DNA of 64,000 nucleotides from Methyloglobulus sp. (GTDB lineage Bacteria; Pseudomonadota; Gammaproteobacteria; Methylococcales; Methylomonadaceae): the NCBI GenBank assembly GCA_013141505.1, contig JABFQX010000011.1:3631-67630 (forward strand). Direction: 5' to 3'. Of this stretch, positions 47,295 to 56,271 are shown piece by piece; the first letter of the stretch is position 1, and every line of letters begins with the position of its first letter. The notes beneath the pieces are model-generated. The model saw only the letters and a program-made list of their open reading frames with translations, did no database searches and was not told where the DNA came from. Made by a program: the position numbers and the translations under genes.

Positions 47295-47424
47295 AAAAGC
47301 CGCACCACCTGACGGGATGGGTGCGGCTTTGTGGGGTTGCTTTTGAATTGGAAGCGATTCAATTATACCCCAAAAGCCAGCACCTTCCCAATTCAATAAA
47401 CAATTCAACGAATTGGAGGGCAAC

Positions 47425-48357
47425 ATGCCCACATTAAAAAAACTCACTGCACCCGAAATCCGGGCTATAGCAGAAACCATCAAGCGTACCTATTCCCCGT
47501 CGGCATTTTTTACAAAGGAACTTGGCGACCTTCGGGGCGGCCTGTGGCGCGGCGGCGTTGATTGTCCGTTTTGTGACGGCAAGCGCGACAAGTTCCATAT
47601 CAATTCTGACGATGGCGGCTGGAATTGTTCAAAATGCAAGGCCGCAGGCAGCGACATTATTAGCTTCACCCGGCAGCGGTACGGCCTGAAATTCTTCGAG
47701 GCCGTCGAAAAGATTACCGGCGGGAAGGTTATCCAGCCAGACCCTGAGATTGCTCAAAAGCGCGGTGCCGAATTGCTGGAAGCGCGACGGAAACACATCG
47801 AAGGTCAGGCCGCAGCCGCCGTTAAAGCCCGTGAAATCTGGGATAGGGCGACACCAATAACTGAGCGGTCACAGCACCATTATCTGATGAAAAAGCGCGT
47901 CCAGGCGCACGGGGCGCGGTTATTGGGTTGTGTCCTAATCATCCCGTTAGTTGATGCTGACGGGAGAATATCCACCGTGCAGCGCATTTATCCCGACGGC
48001 CAAAAACGGTTGCTGTCCGGCGGCAAGAAATCGGGCTGTTATTTCATTTTGGGCAAGCCTACCGACACAATCTTGATAGCAGAGGGCTTTGCGACTGCGG
48101 CCAGCCTGTTTGAACACACAGAAAAATACGCCGTCATGACAGGCGATGCCGGGAATCTCTTGCCCGTCAGCAAAATTATCAGAGCAAAACATCCAGGGGC
48201 AAACATCATCATTTGCGGTGACAACGATGCTTCGGGCGTTGGTCAGGCTGCGGCAAGGGAAGCGGCATTGGCTTGTGGCGGCAAGTTTATTTTTCCGCCA
48301 ATTGAAGGGCAGGACTTTAACGACTTCATCAATGCTGGCGGGTTGGTTTATGGCTGA
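47425..48357 (+). CDS. Primase: Zn-finger + Toprim domain
   Basis: RBS ggagg; CPFC...WNCSKC Zn finger; IAEGFATAAS and ICGDND Toprim motifs; DFND. Confidence 0.88.
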   Translation: MPTLKKLTAPEIRAIAETIKRTYSPSAFFTKELGDLRGGLWRGGVDCPFCDGKRDKFHINSDDGGWNCSKCKAAGSDIISFTRQRYGLKFFEAVEKITGGKVIQPDPEIAQKRGAELLEARRKHIEGQAAAAVKAREIWDRATPITERSQHHYLMKKRVQAHGARLLGCVLIIPLVDADGRISTVQRIYPDGQKRLLSGGKKSGCYFILGKPTDTILIAEGFATAASLFEHTEKYAVMTGDAGNLLPVSKIIRAKHPGANIIICGDNDASGVGQAAAREAALACGGKFIFPPIEGQDFNDFINAGGLVYG

Positions 48358-49848
48358 GTCAGTTAATTTCAATGATGCACAAAACCCGCGCGATAAACTG
48401 GAAATCCAACCCTTAAGACGGGCAGTAAGGGCGGCTGAACCTTACCCGGTAGGCGCACTAGGCGAGATTTTATCCGGCGCGGTCAATGCCGTTAATGTGG
48501 CGATACAAGCGCCACATGCATTGTGCGCCCAATCATTTTTGGCTGGCGCGGCCTTGGGGTTCAAGGCGCGGCTAATTTGAAGCTGCACGGCGACATTAAG
48601 CCACTGTCTGAATATTTCATAACGATAGCGGGGAGCGGTGAGCGCAAATCCGCCACCGACGGGCAAGCGTTAAGGCCGCATCGGGCATGGCAAAAAGAAG
48701 CCATTAAACTTCATGATGAGGAAGTCAAAGACTACGCGATAAAAAAGGCGGTCTACGACAAACAAAAGGCCAAAATCCTTGGCGGCAACAAAAAGGACGC
48801 TATCGACATTGGCGCGTTAAATAAACTTGTTGAGCCGATACCGCCACGGTTGCCCGTGCTGACAACAGAAGAACCCACTTTTGAGGGATTGTTCAAGCAA
48901 CTGCAATACGGTTTGCCGTCCATTGGCGTGTTTTCCGACGAGGGCGGGCGTTTAGTTGGAGGCCATGCCATGAACGCGGATAACCGACTTAAGACAATGG
49001 CGGGGCTTTCCAAACTATGGGATGGCGTGCCTATTGACAGGGTGCGCGGCGGCGATGGCAGCTCAATCCTTTATCACAGGCGCTGCAGTATGCACTTGAT
49101 GATCCAGCCTTTGGCGGCTGATGGCTTCATTAACGACGATGCCGCCATAGACCAGGGGATCTTGAGCCGTATGCTGATGGTAAAGCCTGATTCCACCAAA
49201 GGCACACGCCTATTCAAGAATGTGGACTATCAAAACAGCACCGAGGTAAACCGCTACAACAGGCGAGTAACGGAACTGATTAATTCCTGGCGATGGGACA
49301 AAGAAACAGGCGAACTTAACCTGAAATCTATCGAATTATCCAGCGATGCCTTCAAGCTTTGGATTGAATATCATGATCACGTAGAACATCAGCATGGAGA
49401 AAGCGGCGCGTACCATCCTATTTCAGGTTTTGCGAGCAAAGCAGCCGAACACACGGCGCGGCTGGCGGGGATTATCCAATTATTCAGCGACCCAAACGCC
49501 AAGGAAATATCAGCGGAATATGTTAAAAAAGGTATTGTCCTCATGGACTTTTACCTAGGGGAAACATTGCGAATTAAGGAATCGACGGAATCAAGGGAAA
49601 TAGCCGAAGCTGAAAAGCTGTTGGCATGGCTCAAAGCCGAAAGGTTGCGGCATATCTATCCGGTCAAAGTGTACCAATCAGCACCGAACGCCATAAGGAG
49701 CAAAGACAAGGCATTACCAATCTTGATGCTTTTGGAGAACCACGGCTATCTATCCCCAATTAACCCGGACCAAGCCATTGAGATTGACGGGAAGGTGAGG
49801 AAACAAGCATGGCGCGTCATTGCTTATTCACCTGATGAGGTGCTGTGA
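48350..49848 (+). pseudogene. DUF3987 (YfjI-like) replication ATPase, frameshifted in a G4 run at 48556-48559
   Basis: N part (YPVGALGEIL..AVNAV..AIQAP..LCAQSFLA) is in the frame of ORF 48146-48580; C part (VQG.., GSGERKSATD, TFEGL, SDEGG, GILSRML) is in ORF 48523-49848. One extra G restores a single gene. Confidence 0.8.
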
Positions 49849-50231
49849 TGGCAGAACCTATCAAATTTTCATTTCAAGATAACACCGTTGCTATTCCTGC
49901 TATTCCCGCTATTCGAGAGGGTAAAAAGGGTGGAAACGGGTATGGAATAGCAGGAATAGCAGGAATAGCAGGAATAGCAGGAATAGCAGGAATAGCAGGG
50001 GGTAACTCTCAACCGTTAAATTGTGAAAAAACCGAAAACAACAGTCAATCGGCAATCACCGCCTGGGTGCATTCATTGGGCGGCAGTCCCGCCAATGTCG
50101 CAGAAGAACTGGCAGATTGTTTGCAGCAGTGCCGCAACAGCCCCGATGCCCTGGCTTATTACTTGAAGCGTTCTACCGAGTGCTTACCGCCAAACCCTGA
50201 TTCCACCCCGTTGGCAACATGCGGCACATAA
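49845..50231 (+). CDS. Hypothetical protein carrying (GIA)6, encoded over a repeat array
   Basis: ATG overlaps the DUF3987 stop; coding status uncertain because the repeats may act at DNA level. Confidence 0.45.
   Translation: MMAEPIKFSFQDNTVAIPAIPAIREGKKGGNGYGIAGIAGIAGIAGIAGIAGGNSQPLNCEKTENNSQSAITAWVHSLGGSPANVAEELADCLQQCRNSPDALAYYLKRSTECLPPNPDSTPLATCGT
49889..49997. repeat. Iteron-like 9-bp repeats: 3 inverted plus 6 tandem copies
   Basis: tgctattcc x2 + cgctattcg (49889-49915) face ggaatagca x6 (49944-49997). Confidence 0.9.
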
Positions 50232-50244
50232 CCACGCTATCGAG

Positions 50245-50520
50245 GTGTGGCAGCCGGTGGGCGGTGAAAGCCTTGCCGGGGTGATTATGGGTAGCCAAAA
50301 GGCTTCGGGTGCTTACGGGCAAGGCACACAGGCGATTGTCAAAGATGCCGACGGCAAGACGTGGGCGGTTTGGCTGACCACATGGTTGAGCGAAAACTTC
50401 AAAGCACAAGGGGCGGAAATAGGCGACCTATGCTGCATCACCTTCCTTGGCAAGAAGGTGGGCGGCTTCGGGAAAACCTATAATGCCTATTCGCTGGTGG
50501 TCGAAAAATATGGAATATAA
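50245..50520 (+). CDS. Hypothetical, possible OB-fold ssDNA-binding protein
   Basis: Beta-rich small domain (AIVKDADGKTWAVWL...IGDLCCITFLGKK...YNAYSLVV); the frame is open upstream of the called start. Confidence 0.45.
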   Translation: MWQPVGGESLAGVIMGSQKASGAYGQGTQAIVKDADGKTWAVWLTTWLSENFKAQGAEIGDLCCITFLGKKVGGFGKTYNAYSLVVEKYGI

Positions 50521-50638
50521 TCAATGGCTAAACTATAGGTTGAGGGGCGTTAAATTTTAAAACTTTGGCTTGCCGGGGCTGTTTATTGGGGTTAATAGCG
50601 GTAAATAACCCCTGAATGCCGTTTGAAAGGAGAAAACC

Positions 50639-51049
50639 ATGACTACAGACACTATGACACCCGCACTATCGGGCATTTGCTTTGATTGCGGACAACCCAT
50701 GAAGCCACTGTCCGAAGCCGAATATGCAGAGCATGTTGCAGAATTCGATGACGAAACGCCTGTATGTTGCGACAGTTGCCACGTCGATGTGCTTATTGGC
50801 GCGGGTTGGGACGTTGAAGACTTCGAGCATTACACGCCGGGATGGCTTGATAGCCCCGATAAACGGCGGTATGTCGAACACGAGGCAAAAATCCAGCAAG
50901 AGTGCATCACTAGGCGGGACTTATGGCACAGGGGCAAAATCACCCGCGAACAATGTTTTGCGGCACAGGCTGAAATCAGGAAGGCATTGCCACCCGTGGG
51001 CAATCCATTTAAATCTGCTAAAGCAGGGGGGCAACAGATTGGCCGATAA
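50639..51049 (+). CDS. Hypothetical protein with two CxxC motifs
   Basis: RBS ggag + ATG; CFDC and CDSC pairs suggest metal binding. Confidence 0.6.
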   Translation: MTTDTMTPALSGICFDCGQPMKPLSEAEYAEHVAEFDDETPVCCDSCHVDVLIGAGWDVEDFEHYTPGWLDSPDKRRYVEHEAKIQQECITRRDLWHRGKITREQCFAAQAEIRKALPPVGNPFKSAKAGGQQIGR

Positions 51050-51440
51050 TCCGCATTTATTCAAAAAGGGGCAATCAGGAAACCCTAACGGCAGGAAAAA
51101 AGCGATAGCGACTTCTCAAGCGTTGAGGGACGAGCTTATGCCGGATATGCCTGAAATCATCGGCATACTCAAAGAACAGGCGAAAGCTGGCGACCAAGGC
51201 GCGATAAAATTGCTAATGGACAAATGCTATCCTTCACTAAAACCCCAAACCTTGCCAGTAACGGTAGACCCTGGCGCAACCCTAAACGACACCGCCAAAA
51301 ACCTGATAACAGCGGCCACGTCGGGCAACCTTGCGCCTGATGTGGCGGCGATGCTCACCCATGCTATAACCGGGCTTGCCAAGCTCACCGAGTTGGAAGA
51401 ACTGAGCCAACGTATCGCCAGACTGGAGGAAAAGAAATGA
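51039..51440 (+). CDS. DUF5681-motif protein (small terminase-like candidate)
   Basis: RBS ggggg + TTG 51039; FKKGQSGNPNGRKK motif, AKAGDQGAIKLLMDK, C-terminal coiled coil ELSQRIARLEEK. Confidence 0.65.
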   Translation: MADNPHLFKKGQSGNPNGRKKAIATSQALRDELMPDMPEIIGILKEQAKAGDQGAIKLLMDKCYPSLKPQTLPVTVDPGATLNDTAKNLITAATSGNLAPDVAAMLTHAITGLAKLTELEELSQRIARLEEKK

Positions 51441-51652
51441 CACTGCTACAACAAATCAAAGCCCGCCTAACCGTCATTGAGGAAGGCTTGATGCCGAAGT
51501 ACGGCTGTATTATGCTACTGGACGGCGAAACCAAGGACGAAGCCATTGCCCGCGCTTGGCCTGACGAAACCACGCGGCCTGTTCAGGTTATCTGCATTCG
51601 TGAAACTATCGTCGACCCACCGAGCGGGGCAAACCATGACCGAATCCATTAA
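51437..51652 (+). CDS. Small hypothetical protein
   Basis: RBS ggagga; ATG overlaps the upstream stop; paralogous to the interrupted gene at 51636. Confidence 0.6.
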   Translation: MTLLQQIKARLTVIEEGLMPKYGCIMLLDGETKDEAIARAWPDETTRPVQVICIRETIVDPPSGANHDRIH

Positions 51653-51909
51653 CGGCCTGAGACATTATAAAACTAATCAGCCCAACCTGATTAGTTTTAT
51701 AACTAGTAGGGGCACTCCCACCAGTTATTGCTGGCGGCCTGAGACAACGGCTTGAATCTCTGGAGATAGCCTTGCAACCGCAGCATGGCGTAATATTCAG
51801 GATAGATGATAGCGAATCCGACGAGGAAGCCATTGCACGACCCTACCCCGACGGGAAGGGCAAGCCACAAACCATCATCGTCCTAAATCCGAACGACAGG
51901 TATTTGTGA
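51636..51909 (+). pseudogene. Small gene interrupted by a 70-nt hairpin-containing insertion with 12-bp duplication
   Basis: Removing 51665-51746 restores MTESINGLRQRLESLEIALQPQHGVIFRIDDSESDEEAIARPYPDGKGKPQTIIVLNPNDRYL*. Confidence 0.75.
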
Positions 51910-52099
51910 CCGGCGGCATATAATCCCGAACTATAAGCCAGGTTGATTCCTGGGCAACCATTACCCCGTTGGCAAATGTCGCTTTAAAGTTACATTTGCC
52001 GGAAAACAGGGGCAGCCTTGCATTCTTGGGGGTACATTTGGGGGTATCTTGAAAAGAATAAAAACATTAAGTCTTTGTAGCCTATGGGTGTAGACATTA

Positions 52100-52123
52100 T
52101 TCAAGTCCGGCCATCGTACCAAA
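52100..52123 (+). repeat. att core duplicate at the distal end of the element
   Basis: ttcaagtccggccatcg-taccaaa, the tRNA 3' end with a 1-nt deletion; preceded by ttgggggtac/ttgggggtat arm-type repeats near 52027-52050. Confidence 0.85.
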
Positions 52124-52150
52124 TTGACAGCCTTTAATTACCAACAAAAT

Positions 52151-52187
52151 AAAAAACCCGCAAGCCGTAAGGCTTCGCGGTTTTTTT
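52151..52187. terminator. Bidirectional terminator (probably the original tRNA-Leu terminator)
   Basis: aaaaaacccgc-aagcc-gtaa-ggctt-cgcggttttttt. Confidence 0.7.
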
Positions 52188-52213
52188 GTTGTGATCTTTA
52201 GTTTGGCTTAACT

Positions 52214-52633
52214 TTATTTTTCAGGTGCTAACTCAAAAATAATTAATTCCGCCGTCCCTGAATCTACATTTTCAACGGCCATTAACTTCCCGGTTTCCCA
52301 AAATACTTCGCCAATTCCGTACGTGTTGACTTTGCCGTCTTCAGTCACTTTTAATTTGCCTTTGACGACATAGCGCGGCCCCGGCCCTTCGTGGGTGTGC
52401 ATGGGGGTTTTAAAAGCGGGCGGGAAGGTGACGCGTATCACTTTGGTATTGATGCTTTTGCTGGTGAGTTCAACCGGATTTTCCATCAAGGTAGTCCTAA
52501 TTAACCCCGGGTTTTCATCCGCAGAAACTGATGCGGCTACAAAAAACAACGGCAATATCAGTGGTGAGGCAATAAACAATCGAGCCGGATTGCCTAAAAT
52601 TATGCTTCTTAGGTAAAAGTTTTGGAAAGTCAT
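52214..52633 (-). CDS. Cupin-domain protein, probably exported or membrane-anchored
   Basis: RBS ggag + ATG 52633; TPMHTHEGPGPRYVVKG...GEVFWE..H-like cupin motif; hydrophobic segment ending ASVSA. Confidence 0.75.
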   Translation of the reverse strand: MTFQNFYLRSIILGNPARLFIASPLILPLFFVAASVSADENPGLIRTTLMENPVELTSKSINTKVIRVTFPPAFKTPMHTHEGPGPRYVVKGKLKVTEDGKVNTYGIGEVFWETGKLMAVENVDSGTAELIIFELAPEK

Positions 52634-52670
52634 TGGTTTTACTCCTTTATTGAATGCCAAAATGCTTCGC

Positions 52671-53852
52671 TTAGATCGCTTTCTTAATCCGCTCCAACGC
52701 ATTTTGCAGATTAGCCATGCTGGTGGCAATGGATATACGGATATGCCCTGGGCTACCAAAAGCAGAACCCGGCACCAAGGCAACCCCCGCTTTTTCAATC
52801 AAATACTCAGAAAACGCAAGATCGTCGTCAATGCCGTCCAGCCTTGCTATTAATTTTTTGACATCTGGGAACACATAAAAAGTGCCATCCGTTGGGATGC
52901 AGTCTATGCCGTCCATCGAGTTTAATTCAGCGACTACGAAATCATGGCGTTTTTTAAATTCAATGCACATTCGGTCGATAAAGCCCTGATCGCCAGTCAG
53001 TGCGGCTTCGGCGGCAACTTGCGAGATAGACGTTGGGTTAGATGTGCTTTGCGATTGGATGGTACACATCGCCTCAATCAAATCCGCAGGGCCGCCGGCA
53101 TAGCCGATACGCCAGCCAGTCATCGAATAGGCTTTCGATACGCCGTTCATCACGACGGTGCGGTCGTAAAGGTCAGGATGCGCGTTCAGGATATTGACGA
53201 ACGTACCTTTTTCCCAAAGGATGTGTTCATACATATCGTCCGTAGCAATGATGATGTTAGGAAAGTCTTTCAGCACATCGCCCAGCGCTTTCAGTTCATC
53301 CAGTGAATACGCAATACCCGATGGATTGGACGGGCTGTTGATGAAAATCAGCCGCGTTTTAGGGGTAATCGCCTTGCGAAGTTGTTCTGGCGTTATCTTA
53401 AAGCGTTGCTCTTGGGTTGTTTCGATGATGACCGGCACACCGTCCGCCAGCAATACCATATCAGGGTATGACACCCAGAAAGGCGCAGGGATAATGACTT
53501 CATCGCCCGAATTCAGCAATGCCTGGGTCAAGTTATAAGAGCTTTGCTTGCCGCCGCAGGACACCAGAATTTGCTTAGGCGTATAGTCCAGTCCGTTGTC
53601 GTTTTTGAATTTGGCGATCACCGCTTTTTTTAAGCCAGCCGTGCCGTCAACCGCCGTGTATTTGGTAAAGCCGTTATCTATGGCTTTAACCGCTGCGGCT
53701 TTAATGTGGTCTGGTGTATCCATATCCGGCTCGCCAGCACCTAGGCCGATTATATCTTTACCCGCAGCACGCATAGCGGCAGCCCTGGCAGTAATGGCGA
53801 GGGTAGGGGATGGTTTTACTGATTTGACTCTATCTGAAAGTTTAATGCTCAT
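52671..53852 (-). CDS. Aspartate/PLP-dependent aminotransferase class I/II
   Basis: LGAGEPDMDTP, KYTAVDG, NSPSNPSG, DDMYE, NGVSKAYSMTGWRIGY (PLP Lys), VALVPGSAFG. Confidence 0.95.
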   Translation of the reverse strand: MSIKLSDRVKSVKPSPTLAITARAAAMRAAGKDIIGLGAGEPDMDTPDHIKAAAVKAIDNGFTKYTAVDGTAGLKKAVIAKFKNDNGLDYTPKQILVSCGGKQSSYNLTQALLNSGDEVIIPAPFWVSYPDMVLLADGVPVIIETTQEQRFKITPEQLRKAITPKTRLIFINSPSNPSGIAYSLDELKALGDVLKDFPNIIIATDDMYEHILWEKGTFVNILNAHPDLYDRTVVMNGVSKAYSMTGWRIGYAGGPADLIEAMCTIQSQSTSNPTSISQVAAEAALTGDQGFIDRMCIEFKKRHDFVVAELNSMDGIDCIPTDGTFYVFPDVKKLIARLDGIDDDLAFSEYLIEKAGVALVPGSAFGSPGHIRISIATSMANLQNALERIKKAI

Positions 53853-53940
53853 GTTCCGCCGTGAAAGTGCTGTGTTCTAGTGGGTTGCAATTATAACCCA
53901 GCTAAAGGGGAACGATAAGCCAACTTAACGGCATTGGCTG

Positions 53941-55045
53941 CTAAGCCCGCATGATCTTCCTGGAATTGTCCAAATTTAACAACAGCGGCAACAATTCCCC
54001 GCGGTGACCAATGTCCAGCTTGTCAAAAATGTTGCTGACATGTTCTTTCACTGTAGACAGCTTGATATGCAAATGTTCACCGATATGCTCATTTGGCAAG
54101 CCCTGTGCCAGCAAAGAGGCGACTTGTTTTTGCACGGGTGACAGTGGCAAATCTTTCAAGGCGCGGAGAATTTTTAGCACCAGCGGTTCCTGATGTTCAA
54201 TAGTCATGCTGACCAGCCTATCCGACGTGTTGTTTAAGCCGTTTAACCAGGACGCACGAAAAGTAAAGCGGCCACGACCATTAGTATGGCACGAGGATGG
54301 CGGCGCGGCTTGTTTACCTTGAAATATCGCATGCAGATTTCTACACAGTTGGGCCAATTTGGCTACTATCTCGGCTTCTTGATTGCGTGCATCCAGCGAC
54401 AATATCGGGTGGCAAGCGTTTGCCAGCAAACGCTTGGCCTCGTCGGTCAAATACAGGATTGCGCCTTGCACATCCATCACCATCATACCCGGTAATCCAG
54501 GATCGCCATATTGATTGGCTTTATCCCCCCCCCGCAAGGGCATGAGCCAGGTAAGGTAACAATTGCTTACACAGCGTTTGTTCGCGGGTATTGAAGGGCT
54601 GATGTGTGCGTGGGCGAAATAAGTTTAGCAAACCAACCGGCTTGCCGCGTTGAGTCACAACTCCCCAAAGTCCATAATGCTGATCGTAGGGGCGGTAGAG
54701 CATATTGTACATATCAGATTGGTAGAACTTCTTATCAAGTAGGGTTGCATCCGCTAAAACTGTGTGTTGCCTAAGCAAACCATAGAAACGGCTTTTGCAC
54801 TCCGGCGTAAAAAAGCCGGAAAGAATTTCAGGAGTGCTTTCAGCTAAATCAGGAATGGAAAACTCAAGCATATACGATAAGTTTTCGAATTGTTCATCAA
54901 ATCCAGTAAATACGTTGCTGCCCGATGGAATCACTGCTTGTACCGTCCGCAAAAATTCTGGGATTACCGTTTCCTTATCCAAGCCAGAACAGCACAATTG
55001 GCGAAGATACGCCATAGCATGGCTGTGTTTCGGGTTTTGCTTCAT
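53941..55045 (-). pseudogene. GAF/PAS-like sensor + LuxR HTH regulator split at a 9-bp homopolymer
   Basis: N half 54521-55045 ends AGGG*; C half 53941-54543 has LSPVQKQVASLLAQGLPNEHIGEHLHIKLSTVKEHVSNIFDKL. The C9 run at 54525-54533 sets the frame; 8 C fuses the halves. Confidence 0.82.
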
Positions 55046-55100
55046 GGAATTCGCCCCCGTTATCTAGTGTGGTGCTCTGTACATGACATAAAACAGTTAG

Positions 55101-55218
55101 TGTCATTTCGACCAACGGGAGAAATCTTAACCCGCTGAAATTTAAGATTTCTCGGTAACTGCTCCTGCGTTACCCTACCTCCTGCTTCCCTGCGGTCGCC
55201 CCGTTGGTCGAAATGACA
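55101..55218. repeat. REP-like element with nested insertion
   Basis: Perfect 19-bp IR tgtcatttcgaccaacggg / cccgttggtcgaaatgaca; inner gagaaatctt/aagatttctc IR; extra ~45-nt unit ggtaactgctcctgcgttaccctacctcctgc... in the right arm. Confidence 0.8.
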
Positions 55219-55614
55219 GAAAACTATCGATTTATTGTTTCTTAAATTTTTGTCATGTACAGAGAGCGTGGTGAACTACAACCTCCTTGGACTCTATCAA
55301 TAGTGGGCTTGTAAGAAAAGGTAATATTCCACACTTTTCGAGTGCAATAGTTCACAGACAGCCACAGCTAAGCTGTGATAGCGACCCCGTATTGACGCTC
55401 CCGCGTTTTGGGAACTTATGCCCTTTGGTCAGGGCAGAAAACAGCAAACAACAAAAATATAAGTAAAAAGGGGGTTAAATACCCTACTCGGGTAGGGTGT
55501 TTTCACCCAAGTTAACTGTTAGGCTTAAACCGTCGAAACGAAGGGCGGTTTTAGCGGAAAGCCAAGGCCGATTTTCATTCGGCGAATTTTTTAAACCACA
55601 TTACGGAGAATAAC

Positions 55615-55959
55615 ATGAATAAAATTAAAGCAATACTGTTCGCGGTAGTTCTTTCAGCTGGAGCGATTTTTTCGGTTCCGGCAAATGCTCTGGGAACAAC
55701 CCCTTGGGCAACTGTCGCGGCTATTCAAGACGGATGGGTGGTGGATCGAATGCTGGTATTCCCCAATACACCTACCCTGACGAATCCGGATGGTTGTCCA
55801 TTAGTTACTAACGGATACATTATTAAAGAAACAGACCCTGTTCACAAAACATCCTACGATATGTTGATAGCCGCAAAAGTCAACAATAGGCAAGTGGCCT
55901 TTGTACTTGATGGCTGCTTTGAAGGACGCCCAAGGATTATTAGCGTTAGCCTCCGTTAA
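55615..55959 (+). CDS. Small secreted protein (2 Cys)
   Basis: RBS ggag; signal peptide ending PANA; NPDGC...DGC. Confidence 0.75.
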   Translation: MNKIKAILFAVVLSAGAIFSVPANALGTTPWATVAAIQDGWVVDRMLVFPNTPTLTNPDGCPLVTNGYIIKETDPVHKTSYDMLIAAKVNNRQVAFVLDGCFEGRPRIISVSLR

Positions 55960-56099
55960 CGCGCATGGTTGGTGTTATAACAAGACGTGGAGGTTGGGCA
56001 CATGCTGTTCGTGCCCACACGGAACAAATCAATGATGCAAACGGTGGGCAAAAAAACCAGCCCACTCTATCCGACTAATACTACGTATGAGGCAATAAC

Positions 56100-56168
56100 A
56101 TGAAATCATTATCAAAATTTGGCATTACCCTGTTATTTTTATCGTTATCAATGTTAATTAGCGAGTAG
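56100..56168 (+). pseudogene. Signal-peptide-only gene stub truncated at a REP element
   Basis: RBS gagg + ATG; MKSLSKFGITLLFLSLSMLISE*, with the stop inside the repeat starting at 56157. Confidence 0.5.
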
Positions 56169-56249
56169 CCTGGATGGAGCTTGCGGAATCCAGGGATTCG
56201 TGACTTCGATGCCCCGTATTCCGTTGCACTTCATACGGGCTACCTTAAT
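56157..56249. repeat. GTAG-type paired REP (REPIN-like), copy 1
   Basis: gtagcctggatggag...cttcatacgggctac; 93-nt unit repeated at 58156 with 3 mismatches. Confidence 0.85.
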
Positions 56250-56271
56250 GCTGAAATATGATTACTAAGCT

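Larger units (their letters stand above)
44868..52123 (+). mobile_element. ~7.2 kb P4/PICI-like integrative element (phage satellite) in tRNA-Leu
   Basis: Bounded by direct repeat of the tRNA 3' end; carries P4-type integrase, AlpA, primase, DUF3987 and a DUF5681 gene; no capsid or tail genes; visibly GC-richer than the flanks. Confidence 0.9.

Noticed and set aside
50724-51038. N-terminal 105-aa extension of the DUF5681 ORF
   Set aside because: Overlaps the better-supported 50639-51049 gene; an RBS plus TTG at 51039 directly precedes the conserved motif.
52634-52798. Extended start of the cupin gene (also 4040 for fbaA, 44985 for int, 29185 for the GIN protein, 25853 for the repeat protein)
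   Set aside because: The extensions overlap neighbouring genes, terminators or att arms; downstream starts have clear RBS and family-typical N termini.
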